From: a virus
Taxonomy: Duplodnaviria; Caudoviricetes
IMG/VR virus record: IMGVR_UViG_3300044541_000019
Coordinates: 130 to 64,129 of that record
Length of the DNA: 64,000 bases
Direction: 5' to 3' (one strand)
Shown: positions 45,568 to 54,406 of the stretch, one piece after another
Layout: every line of letters begins with the position of its first letter
How positions within the stretch are numbered: position 1 is the first letter of the stretch
The notes under the pieces: model-generated
What the model was told of the DNA's origin: nothing
The model's input: the letters and a program-made list of their open reading frames with translations, nothing else
Database searches by the model: none
Program-made: the position numbers and the translations under genes

Positions 45568-47866
45568 CAGAGTCCTCCTGGAGTTGAGCCAGGCGCTCGG
45601 CCCGATCTTCCTGGGCCTGCATCTCCCTGAGCTTGGCTAGGACTCCGTACGCCAGTGCGTCCATGTCCACCAGGGGAGTGTCTGGCTGGATGCCAAAGTT
45701 CGGAAGTTCGTAACCGGCCGGAACAATGTCGTCGTCCGGGTACACCACCCCTGCGGCAACAAGACTGAACTGCTCTTCACCGTCCATGGCGTAGACCGGG
45801 AAAGCAGGAACATTGACCGCGAGGGCAGCGGTAAGTTCCAGGTGTCCGTCCACTCCGCGCCAGTCGCCTGAAATCGGAGAGCGACGTAGCTTCGCCACCT
45901 TCTTTTTGGTCGCCTCAGGTACAACAGCACCTGCCACCCAGATCCCGTAGTCGTCCTCGCCTGCTCGGACAACAGCCACCTCGTCGCCGGTGTCGTCGTA
46001 GTGGATCGCGGCAGCGGCGTAGCCGAGACGTACATCCGCGTGCCGGGTGTCCTGGACAATCTTCCCCACCTTCACCGTGTCACCTTCAGCGGTCACCACG
46101 GAGCCTAGATGGAAGGGGGCATACTCCTTGAACGACTTCGGGGCCAGGACGCACGCACGATTGGAGACATCACGATGGCACTCGTTCCACGCCGCGAGGT
46201 GACCGTAGACCTGCCCGGCTGCAGTGATGGTGAGCGGCGTTTTCTCGTTCAACTGTGGATCAGTGAACCAAGCAGTCGGGGGGGCGAGGGGGAACATCGT
46301 TTCCTCACTATCGCTGCTAAAGGTGAGGCTGTGGTCACTGCTGTCTGCGCTGACTGCTACACCAAACTTCTTCAAGGCTGCCTGGATCTTTCCCTTGATG
46401 ACCGCTAACTGTTCTGGGGTGTACTCGCCTTCATTCTTCGGCACATTGATGTACGCCCAAGCAGCCTTGGCGTGCTCCACAGTGTCGATCGGGTAGCGCT
46501 TCTTGTTGTCCCTGTAGCCGGGGTCCGCGTACTTCACGTCCCCATACGGCTCCTCTTTAGCCATGGCAAACTGCTGCCCTTCATTCTCTGGACGGTCCCA
46601 CGGTGCACGCAGGCTCGAATCGTTGTACTCAGCGGCCATCACCTTGTAGATGTCCGTGATGACGTTTCGGATCTTGTTCTTGTCCGCTTCGGACACAGAA
46701 GGTAGACCGCCGTGGGCGCCAGAGATGAGAGCTGCAGCGGCGTAGATGGCGTGGAACACCATCGTCAGCTCGCCATTGATGACGTCGCCTAGCGGCATCC
46801 GGTACGAGGTGGTCTGCGTTTCCGGGAGAGTGGGATCCCGCCAGAGGAACGCTCGGTGGAGCTTAGCGACGTCAGCACCCTCGGGTGTGGTGTTAGCCCA
46901 GGCTGCGATCCTTTTGACCGCGTCGTCATTATCAAAGGGGATATCACGAGGTGCCAGGGCGAGCCCTTCCCAGCCGGCCGGGTTGATCGCGTAAACGACA
47001 CCCTCCGTACCCAGATCCGCACTGTGCCCGCACCCGCAGTCGCCACTGTTACTGATGGCTTCGGGGTCTCCGACGGTGATGGACATATCTTCATCGGCGT
47101 CATCCCAATCGTCGTGGCCCATGGATTTGAGCTGCATCCCGTCAAAGGCTGCAGTGGACACGAGTGTCACACCACCGACGACGTACTGCGAGGTGTACTC
47201 CCCGCCGTTGGCCGGGTTGACGGAGACAACGACCTTGCCACCGGGGTCCACGCTGGCGCCCACCATGCCCTGGTCCACCATGTACTGGGCAACCTTGGCC
47301 TCGGGCACCATGGCCTCATCGAGCCAGTCGCCCCAGCCCCACAGATACTCCTCACCCTTGTGGTCAGGGCCAGCTGTCAGCCCCATGATGCGGCCAACCG
47401 TCACCGCGCCCTCGTGGCCGGGAGCGTCCGCCTTCCGCCACTTCAACGGCAGCGGCAATGTCCGATGAGAGAAGGCCCCCGGTTCGAACACCCTCATGCG
47501 TCGGGGCTCCGCAGTAGGAACACCGATCGGGGCGAGTGGTCCCATCCATAGGCGCGAACCTAGGGTCTCCTGTTTGGCTAAAAGCCCAGAAGCGGCCGTG
47601 AGACTGAAGTCGTCGTCTGGTTCGGCGTACACGGAGTGCTTGTGCAGTTCGGCGGAACCATGTCCGGGGGGACCACCAGTGGCCTTGGTGTGGAGGATGT
47701 TGCATAGCCCCTCCGGGTTCTTGGGGAAGTACTTCGTCAGGGCGCGGACGCAGCGCTTGAAGTCGCCGGGGATGTTCCAGCGGATCTTGAGCGCACCCTT
47801 CCCTGCCAACCAGTAGCGCTGAAGTGCGGCCGGCATACCGCGAGCCGGGTTCGGATCCACCATCAC
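45560..47866 (-). CDS. capsid maturation protease, multi-domain (768 aa)
   Basis: LPLPL.W....GH.GAV.VGRI, G.S.D, GVTLVS..AF; inserted KRYPIDT.EH.KAAW.YIN domain; C-terminal YGH.A.W...H...LRRSP.SGDWR. Confidence 0.8.
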   Translation of the reverse strand: MMVDPNPARGMPAALQRYWLAGKGALKIRWNIPGDFKRCVRALTKYFPKNPEGLCNILHTKATGGPPGHGSAELHKHSVYAEPDDDFSLTAASGLLAKQETLGSRLWMGPLAPIGVPTAEPRRMRVFEPGAFSHRTLPLPLKWRKADAPGHEGAVTVGRIMGLTAGPDHKGEEYLWGWGDWLDEAMVPEAKVAQYMVDQGMVGASVDPGGKVVVSVNPANGGEYTSQYVVGGVTLVSTAAFDGMQLKSMGHDDWDDADEDMSITVGDPEAISNSGDCGCGHSADLGTEGVVYAINPAGWEGLALAPRDIPFDNDDAVKRIAAWANTTPEGADVAKLHRAFLWRDPTLPETQTTSYRMPLGDVINGELTMVFHAIYAAAALISGAHGGLPSVSEADKNKIRNVITDIYKVMAAEYNDSSLRAPWDRPENEGQQFAMAKEEPYGDVKYADPGYRDNKKRYPIDTVEHAKAAWAYINVPKNEGEYTPEQLAVIKGKIQAALKKFGVAVSADSSDHSLTFSSDSEETMFPLAPPTAWFTDPQLNEKTPLTITAAGQVYGHLAAWNECHRDVSNRACVLAPKSFKEYAPFHLGSVVTAEGDTVKVGKIVQDTRHADVRLGYAAAAIHYDDTGDEVAVVRAGEDDYGIWVAGAVVPEATKKKVAKLRRSPISGDWRGVDGHLELTAALAVNVPAFPVYAMDGEEQFSLVAAGVVYPDDDIVPAGYELPNFGIQPDTPLVDMDALAYGVLAKLREMQAQEDRAERLAQLQEDSDD

Positions 47867-48585
47867 CGGCCTCCTTCATCAACGATCACTAGGTCGCACC
47901 TACAGTTGATCACTTCTTCCGCTGGCCCCATAGGGTCGCCGGGGAACAGCATCGGCCACCCGCCCACGTTGAAGGGCTGATACAGCGGCAGGGTGACGTT
48001 GTCTATGGCTCGGTGGCTGGCCCGGACTCTGTCGTCGTGCTCCGTTCGCCAACGCTTTTGTAGTACTCGGCCAGTGACGCGAGACTGCTCCAAGCCTGCC
48101 GCAGCAGTTCCTGCTCCATAGGCTCGGGTGACCTCGGTAATAGCGATGACTCGGGCGCGATTAGCCCACCGCTCAGATCCAGTTGTCGCAAGAGCGTCAT
48201 CAACCCTCGCCGCAATGGCAGATACGGACTCTCCACTGTTGACTCCGTCGTTTATCTCCGCGAAGACAAGGTTGTAGACCTCGTCCGGGATACGGACCAG
48301 AAAGTTCTGCGTCTGTGCGAGTTGTGCGACGACGAACGCATGACGCGACACCGGCGGTACGTCCGTCGCCTCACTCCACGCTCCCATTGCTATCTGACCC
48401 ATGACGGTCAGGATCGTGTCGTACTGCCACTGGTCCTGAGCTTGGTAGATGCCACTAGGGTCGGGCATCCCTTTCCAGGATCGAAAGGGAGCCATAACCT
48501 TGTCTCGGGCAGCATTGATGAAGCGGTCCAGTGCGGCCTTGACTACACCGAACAGCTTGTTCTCGTCGCCACTACGATTCGCCAT
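47863..48585 (-). CDS. MuF-like minor capsid / head morphogenesis protein
   Basis: RARVIAITE; KRW....DDRVR.SH; FPGDP.GP.EEVINCRC. Confidence 0.9.
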   Translation of the reverse strand: MANRSGDENKLFGVVKAALDRFINAARDKVMAPFRSWKGMPDPSGIYQAQDQWQYDTILTVMGQIAMGAWSEATDVPPVSRHAFVVAQLAQTQNFLVRIPDEVYNLVFAEINDGVNSGESVSAIAARVDDALATTGSERWANRARVIAITEVTRAYGAGTAAAGLEQSRVTGRVLQKRWRTEHDDRVRASHRAIDNVTLPLYQPFNVGGWPMLFPGDPMGPAEEVINCRCDLVIVDEGGR

Positions 48586-50509
48586 TGAGGAAACCTTGCC
48601 GAGAGAGCATCTCCCAGAGCAGTCCAGCTTCGTGTGGACGCTCAGCTTCCAGCAATGTCGAGCAGTAGCGGTGAAGCGTCACCGCAAGCTCAGGATCTTG
48701 AAGTTGCGGCATCTCCAGGAACTCCGCGAGCGCAGGCATCTGGTCCCAGGCTCCGGTGAGTAGCTTGGAAGCACCGCCAGGGTGAACCTTCACTCTGGTA
48801 TGCAACGAATAGGCGGGGGTGTCCTGCATTGTCCGGTGATGATTCCCGACAAGTCGTTTACCTGCGACTTCTAACGCTCGGAGTACCGCCATATTGGCGA
48901 CAGCGAAGACGGCTTGCGTTCCCGCAACGGCGGTGGTCGCGGAAGCAGTTATCCCAGGTGGCTGACTGGAGTTGGGCGCAGTGGGGCCACCAGGTGTCGA
49001 AATCGCTGAGGAGTCCTGAGGCATAGGTGCTGGCCCGGTGGGCTGGATGCCGGTAGGAGGAGCAGGAGGCGGGGGAGGACCCGCCCCCTGCTGACCGGGT
49101 GCAACGGGGGTAACGACAGTGTTCGGGGGAAGAATGTCGTCTGTGTACCCGGCGATCTTGCGCACCGCTGGGATCTGGAACAGCGTGGGGTCGCGCTCCA
49201 TCAGCGTACGAGTGAACTTCTTCAGATCCTCGTCAACACTCGGCTTGTCCGTCAAGGCGAAGTCACCAGCGAGGATGACTGCTTCGTCGGAGATGATCCC
49301 CTTTTCGTTCAGATTGAGGGCATCCTTCAGCCGCTCCGGGCGCACCGTCAGTGGGGCAGTATCGAACCAGAAGACGAACCGGTCTGGGTCTTCCTTGATC
49401 GTCTTCAGTGCTGGTTCAAGGTAGGCACTCGTCAGCGCATCACAGATGCGCGTCATGAGAGGCTCAATGTGGATCTTGATGTTCGCTTCTTCGACGTGCC
49501 AAGCGGACCAGTGGTTAGCATCGCCCGTGCCGGTAAGGATCTCGGGTGCTATGTCCATAGCCAGAGCGAACCGGCGGATAGCTTCCGCACGCAGATCGAG
49601 AGCCTGTTTGCTGAGTTCCGAGCCGAAGGTAACCATCTCGATCTTGCCGAGAGCGTCCATCGGCACCTCAACGAACATGGGTACTACACCAGCCGCTGTT
49701 CCTTCGCCCTTGAGCGAACGGCTGCCTGCTTTCATCATCGCCTGGGTGAGACCTTCGGCCCCAGGGACAGTGACGTCATTGCTGTCGTCGGGGAAGCTGG
49801 CTTCCTTGGGGATCGGGACCATGCCGGCTGAGATGAGCCGGGAATCGATCTGGGCGAAGACGTAGCGGGTTAGTCGTTCAATCTCCCACAACATGGGCAT
49901 GGCTGCCCGGGTAGGAGAGTCGGCCCAGAGACTACGTCGGGGATGAGGTGTCCAGACCCGGATGACGATGTCCTTGTCCAGGTCAAGGGACTCTTTAGTT
50001 CCGTCGGGATAGAGCTGTTGAACGTTGCCGTTCCACCGTTTGAGTTCAGAACAACTGACGATGTACCACTCGTCAGCCTCATTGTCCCGAACCGCACCTC
50101 GACCAACGATGTAGCAGTCCCCGGCGATGGTGAGGTTGATCCCCAGCATTCGAAGAGCTTCCGACTGAGCCGCTGGAGAACCGAACATGTTCTCTGCAAT
50201 AGCAGCGACCTTCGGCTTCTTGGTCTCCTGCTGTACCCGTCCATTCTTGTCCACCTCCGCTACGTAGATGCGCACCCTGGAGCAGGCTGACCCGATCCAG
50301 TTAGCCGCGAAACGCAGCTCGCCGATGATGTCGTACAGACGCCAGACTTCTTGTTGCCAGGAGTCGTCTCCGAAGCGATAAGTCCGCCATCCCTGCCCGT
50401 CAACGTTCCTGATGCGGGCGGCGCTGGCGATCAGCGACTTCATTTCCGACTTGTGAGCTTCCGGTTCCGGTTGGGCATCTAGGGCCTTGGGCCGGCGGAA
50501 TGCTGCCAT
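48572..50509 (-). CDS. portal protein
   Basis: WQQEVW..YD.IGELRFA, W.PHP...ADSP, NHWSAW, FWFDT. Confidence 0.85.
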   Translation of the reverse strand: MAAFRRPKALDAQPEPEAHKSEMKSLIASAARIRNVDGQGWRTYRFGDDSWQQEVWRLYDIIGELRFAANWIGSACSRVRIYVAEVDKNGRVQQETKKPKVAAIAENMFGSPAAQSEALRMLGINLTIAGDCYIVGRGAVRDNEADEWYIVSCSELKRWNGNVQQLYPDGTKESLDLDKDIVIRVWTPHPRRSLWADSPTRAAMPMLWEIERLTRYVFAQIDSRLISAGMVPIPKEASFPDDSNDVTVPGAEGLTQAMMKAGSRSLKGEGTAAGVVPMFVEVPMDALGKIEMVTFGSELSKQALDLRAEAIRRFALAMDIAPEILTGTGDANHWSAWHVEEANIKIHIEPLMTRICDALTSAYLEPALKTIKEDPDRFVFWFDTAPLTVRPERLKDALNLNEKGIISDEAVILAGDFALTDKPSVDEDLKKFTRTLMERDPTLFQIPAVRKIAGYTDDILPPNTVVTPVAPGQQGAGPPPPPAPPTGIQPTGPAPMPQDSSAISTPGGPTAPNSSQPPGITASATTAVAGTQAVFAVANMAVLRALEVAGKRLVGNHHRTMQDTPAYSLHTRVKVHPGGASKLLTGAWDQMPALAEFLEMPQLQDPELAVTLHRYCSTLLEAERPHEAGLLWEMLSRQGFLNGES

Positions 50510-50512
50510 GGA

Positions 50513-50803
50513 CTACTCCCTGTCTGCCATACGGAGTGCGATGGCCGCCGCCATGGACCCGGCGGGGATTGACAGAGCGGCAAGTACCCACTGATTGTGC
50601 CAGAAAACGGACACAGGCATCAAAACTGAGAACCACATGGACATACACCAGGGAGCGCAGTGAATGAGTCGAGTAGCCATGTGGGTGGGGCCGAATCGTT
50701 TAACGACTGCCTTCCTGAACCACGTGGTGATCTCATCCTCCGCGATCAGACGCGCGAGGCGGGCCGCTGCGAGGGCAGCGACAACCATGGTCAGGACCAG
50801 CAC
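50513..50803 (-). CDS. DUF1360-like membrane protein
   Basis: RL.RLI..D.IT...R and L.HC.PWC.S.W. Confidence 0.7.
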   Translation of the reverse strand: MLVLTMVVAALAAARLARLIAEDEITTWFRKAVVKRFGPTHMATRLIHCAPWCMSMWFSVLMPVSVFWHNQWVLAALSIPAGSMAAAIALRMADRE

Positions 50804-50896
50804 GCTTACTACTCTAATGGGATCAAGAGCACAAGGGGTAGATGGCTGATCAGATGGTTCATTATGGACAGAGCACTAGGGAGGGGTAGGGTGGCA

Positions 50897-51259
50897 GAGA
50901 CAACGCAGCACGTATCACATCGACGTACCTGCTCTTCTCTCGTCAGTTCTTCACCGACAACTCATGACGACTCGTTCCCTCTCGACTGCACAGCTCTTGC
51001 CTTATCCACGCTCCACCGACAGGCCTCAACGCGCCTACTCCGCTCACCATCACGTCCGACGAGCCCATTCATCCCCTGCCACGTCCGACTAATCACCTCG
51101 AATCTGAGCACATCGATCCCTACCCGACGAATCGCGTCGATCCCTCACGCACCCGACGTCCCACGTCAAGTCACTTCATGTCCGACTACGCTGCTTAGCC
51201 CATGTCATGTCACATCACCACCGACTCTCCATCCCTCCTCCGCTCCGCTCTTGTCCGAC
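50897..51259 (+). ncRNA. pentamer-periodic array 4: 11 units of 23-40 nt, antisense to the late operon
   Basis: e.g. gtc|ccacg|tcaag|tcact|tcatg|t|ccgac; upstream AGGGAGGGG-TAGGGT -10-like element at 50887. Confidence 0.75.
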
Positions 51260-52696
51260 TCACCAATGCGGTTGAAGCTGGGACAGATCGTAGAAGTCCT
51301 GAGAAAGTGACCACTCGTGCTGGGAGGGCTGCGCAACCCGCATCACGCGCCGCTCTCCCCGCATGAGGTGCAAGGCGCCATGTACCAGGGCGTCCATCCG
51401 GTCCGGTGATTCCCTTGTGGATTCAGGATCGAAGATCACCATTTCGGATTCGAGTTCCTCGAACTCGCCCACCATGTGCAGTCGTTTCTGTTCACAGCGC
51501 ATGGCTACTGGTTCAGCTCTTGTACGTTTGCCATGTTTCGCGTGCACCGGATACATAGAAGGAGAGCTATGTTCGGGGAAGAGTCCCAGGCTTATGGATT
51601 CCTTGAAGGCATCCTGGAGTACTTCCGCGAGGTACCTTTTGCCGAGGTTCTCTTCATAGACAAGGGTGTCGGCATCCCATTTGGCCATTGCTCGCCAAGC
51701 TGCCAGGGCTGCTGTTCGACCACTCTGTTCCACCGAGGCATCTTCAAGTACGTAGAGATCGTTGTTCACTGTACGAGCGACGACGACGATCCCGAACAGG
51801 TCGTCTTCTCCAGTCAGGTTCGGGTCAACCCCAACCACCGTGGCGACAATGTCATCGGGTACCTCGGTAACCCGACCGTTGACTATGTCCATCCGTTTGA
51901 ATAGGCCGCCGCCACCCAGCTCCAGTAGCTTCCCGTACAACTCCTGCTGTCCGAGCGCGGAGTCTGCGTACCTGTTCTTCAGCTCCCGCAACACGTGCTG
52001 AGACAGGTTGGTGGAGTTGTCGAACGTGGACCCCCCCATGATGTGGATGGTGCCATCGTCCCGCTTCACCCACTCTTGCAGCAGTTTGATGGGCTTCGGG
52101 GTGGTGGTGGCGAAGCAGCGAGGATGGTCGCCCACCAGGTCGGTACGCAAGGAAGGCAGGATCCCCTCATACCAGCTTTCATACGACTTAGGCCATTTAC
52201 AGATCTCGTCTACCCAGGCGCCGGCCGCGTTGTAACCGCGACCGACATCCTCGTCGTCTGCACCCTCCGCATAGATCCGGGACCCATCTGGGAACAGCAC
52301 CATGGGTCGCGGGGACTGCTTGTACCTGAAGTCGACGCCACGTCTGGTAAGGACGCGCAGGAGTCCTGCTGGTCCTTCCATGCAAATGGTGCGAGTGTCA
52401 GCAAGCGTCTCGCCAATGAGGAGCCATTCCGTGGGCTGACCGTTTCGGTCAAATGGGTGCTGGAGCACTTTCTCCACGAGCCACTCTGCCCCTGCTCTGC
52501 TCTTTCCCCAGCCTCGGCCAGCCAGTGCCAGTGCAACCAGCCAGTCTCCTGGTGGGGGCACCTGCTCTGGACGGGCGGTCCACCACCATTCCCCTCGGTT
52601 GATCTCCTCCAGCAGGTGTACCGGGAGTGAGGCGAGCCAGCTGTCCCGCTCATGTACGGGGAGCTTGGCTACCCGTTGTGCGAGAGATAGACCCAT
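51260..52696 (-). CDS. terL: terminase large subunit
   Basis: Walker A AGRGWGKS; Walker B WVDE; TTTPK; nuclease VGVDP; SPDRMDALV. Confidence 0.95.
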   Translation of the reverse strand: MGLSLAQRVAKLPVHERDSWLASLPVHLLEEINRGEWWWTARPEQVPPPGDWLVALALAGRGWGKSRAGAEWLVEKVLQHPFDRNGQPTEWLLIGETLADTRTICMEGPAGLLRVLTRRGVDFRYKQSPRPMVLFPDGSRIYAEGADDEDVGRGYNAAGAWVDEICKWPKSYESWYEGILPSLRTDLVGDHPRCFATTTPKPIKLLQEWVKRDDGTIHIMGGSTFDNSTNLSQHVLRELKNRYADSALGQQELYGKLLELGGGGLFKRMDIVNGRVTEVPDDIVATVVGVDPNLTGEDDLFGIVVVARTVNNDLYVLEDASVEQSGRTAALAAWRAMAKWDADTLVYEENLGKRYLAEVLQDAFKESISLGLFPEHSSPSMYPVHAKHGKRTRAEPVAMRCEQKRLHMVGEFEELESEMVIFDPESTRESPDRMDALVHGALHLMRGERRVMRVAQPSQHEWSLSQDFYDLSQLQPHW

Positions 52697-52739
52697 GTGC
52701 CCACTTTAGACATGTTCGCTGTCAGTGAACATATTCAGG

Positions 52740-52769
52740 TTGCAACCCCCAGGGGAGGGGGGCTATGGT
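52740..52769 (+). promoter_or_regulatory. promoter TTGCAA-18-TATGGT, divergent from terL, with CCCCAGGGGAGGGG spacer
   Basis: Read directly. Confidence 0.7.
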
Positions 52770-52909
52770 TGGGCCAGTGACAGGATCCCGCAAGGGTGGA
52801 GTCATTCCACTGTGTCCCAGCCCATCGAGCAATCGATGTCGATGGCCCAAGTAAGGGAATGGTGTTCCCTTACTATCCTGTCACCCAAACTTTGGAGGGA
52901 AACAGCCGA

Positions 52910-53071
52910 ATGTGTATGAGTCCGCACGAGATGAGCACCACCCGCCTGGAAGAGGATCTCGCCCGAATGCGTGAACTCGCCCTACAGGATCCAGAAGAGG
53001 ACTGGTGGACGTGGCGCGTTGAACAGTTTGAACTGATCCTCAAGGAACGAGCCGAGGCTGGTACGTACTAA
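52910..53071 (+). CDS. small hypothetical protein
   Basis: GGAGGG RBS; start trimmed. Confidence 0.5.
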   Translation: MCMSPHEMSTTRLEEDLARMRELALQDPEEDWWTWRVEQFELILKERAEAGTY

Positions 53072-53085
53072 ACAACTTGATAGAA

Positions 53086-53158
53086 GGACCCGTAGCTCAG
53101 CTGGAAGAGCAGTGGCCTCTTAAGCCAACGGTCGTAGGTTCAAGTCCTACTGGGTCCA
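53086..53158 (+). tRNA. tRNA-Lys(CTT)
   Basis: Cloverleaf; anticodon loop CT-CTT-AA; GGTTCAAGTCC T-arm; no encoded CCA. Confidence 0.85.
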
Positions 53159-53159
53159 C

Positions 53160-53229
53160 GGGTCCGTAGCTTAACTGGCAGAGTCCGGCATTCTCGCCGG
53201 GGATGTGGGTTCGAATCCCACGGGGTCCA
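53160..53229 (+). tRNA. atypical tRNA-like gene with 6-nt anticodon loop (ATTCTC); identity unresolved
   Basis: TAGCTTAACTGGCAGAGT D-arm; CCGGC/GCCGG stem; GTGGG-TTCGAAT-CCCAC T-arm; weak acceptor stem. Confidence 0.55.
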
Positions 53230-53230
53230 C

Positions 53231-53267
53231 GATGGGCGGGGAAGCCCACTATCCTTCCCCGCCCATC
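53231..53267 (+). other. 14-bp perfect hairpin between tRNAs and next gene
   Basis: GATGGGCGGGGAAG-9 nt-CTTCCCCGCCCATC; no U tract. Confidence 0.65.
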
Positions 53268-53296
53268 ACCTACAGCCTTCAACTTAAGGAATCACT

Positions 53297-54031
53297 GTGA
53301 CCGAGCTACATCAGGTTCTCGCCATCGAGAAGGGCACCAAGACTCGTGCCTACCGGGCGCTGACCGACGCGCACCACCTGCTTCAGAGCACCAGCAAGCT
53401 GTCCGGCGTCTCGCGTACCTACCGAGCGAAGGACGAAGACGGCGACCGCCTGCCATCGGAGAGCACTCGTCTGCAGGTACGCACCGAGGACGTCCTGTCT
53501 TCTGTCCGGGCAGGGCTGACGGAGCTGTTTGACGTCACCCTGACCAAGGACGTTGCCAACCAGGAAGCGGTAGGTGACATCTACGTTGACGGGCAGGCCA
53601 TCGCCCACGGCGTACCGGTGTCCTACCTCCTGTTCCTGGAGAAGCAGCTCGTTGATCTGACCACGTTCATTGACAAGCTCCCGGTCCTCGATCCGGGCGA
53701 GGAATGGGCGTACGACTTCACTGCCGACGCCTACACCACGTCCGTTGAGACCACCAGGACGAAGAAGGTTCCCCGCAACCACGTCAAGGCTGCTGCCACC
53801 GACAAGCACCAGGCGCAGGTGGACGTGTACTTCGAGGACGTAGTCGTGGGCTACTGGACGACTACCAAGTTGTCTGGTGCGATAGCCCAGAAGGACGTCA
53901 ACGGACTGAAGGCACGGGTCGTGGAACTCTCCAACGCTGTGAAGACTGCCCGCGAGGCAGCCAACAGCTTCACCGTCACCAAGCAGGAGATCGGGACGAA
54001 GCTGTTCAACTTCCTGCTCGGCGACCAGTAG
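53297..54031 (+). CDS. conserved coiled-coil protein of unknown function (L.Q..AIEKG...SG.SRTY...DE.G..LP.E type), followed by tRNA-like RNAs
   Basis: TAAGGA RBS; strongly biased codon usage; recognisable family motif. Confidence 0.85.
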   Translation: MTELHQVLAIEKGTKTRAYRALTDAHHLLQSTSKLSGVSRTYRAKDEDGDRLPSESTRLQVRTEDVLSSVRAGLTELFDVTLTKDVANQEAVGDIYVDGQAIAHGVPVSYLLFLEKQLVDLTTFIDKLPVLDPGEEWAYDFTADAYTTSVETTRTKKVPRNHVKAAATDKHQAQVDVYFEDVVVGYWTTTKLSGAIAQKDVNGLKARVVELSNAVKTAREAANSFTVTKQEIGTKLFNFLLGDQ

Positions 54032-54038
54032 CACTACC

Positions 54039-54118
54039 GGGTCGGGGCACGCTGCGCACCAAGAAGCAGCGAGGGAAGCGCCGGACGCGGGCAGCAGGTT
54101 CGAATCCTGCCCGACCCA
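54039..54118 (+). ncRNA. tRNA-like RNA with canonical acceptor stem and T-arm but non-canonical D/anticodon region
   Basis: GGGTCGG/CCGACCC-A; GCAGG-TTCGAAT-CCTGC. Confidence 0.6.
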
Positions 54119-54220
54119 CTGCCCTTCGGGGCTGGCACAAGTTCACATTCAAGTTAACCAACAGGCCCTGCCCTGACACGGCAGGAGAGATCAAACTGAA
54201 TACCGGATAGGGTCCGGTTC

Positions 54221-54357
54221 AAGCTATGCCTCAATCTCAAAACTAAATCATCATCGCACCGTCTCAACCGGTTCCGATCTATGCCATCAGTCGCGGGTTC
54301 GATCCCCGCCTGGCCCTCCAACATGGGCCGGTAGCTCAGTGGTAGAGCGGATAGCTT
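54221..54357 (+). ncRNA. circularly permuted tRNA-like element: T-arm + 3' acceptor + TCCA precede 5' acceptor + D-arm
   Basis: GCGGG-TTCGATC-CCCGC-CTGGCCC-TCCA (54293-54320), ACAT, then GGGCCGG-TAGCTCAGTGGTAGAGC (54325-54348). Confidence 0.6.
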
Positions 54358-54406
54358 GAACTCTAAGACGGAACCTTAAACGCCGTCGGTGCTGCTGGTG
54401 AAGCTA

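Noticed and set aside
39054-45640. Many plus-strand ORFs (e.g. 43841..45127, 428 aa) opposite the giant gene
   Set aside because: Antisense shadows of a GC-rich, biased coding sequence
50660-51310. 216-aa plus-strand ORF between DUF1360 and terL
   Set aside because: Translation of array 4; overlaps genes on the opposite strand
54293-54357. Two-piece tmRNA (ssrA)
   Set aside because: No G3-U70 alanine determinant, U73 discriminator, intact D-arm, and no tag reading frame recognised
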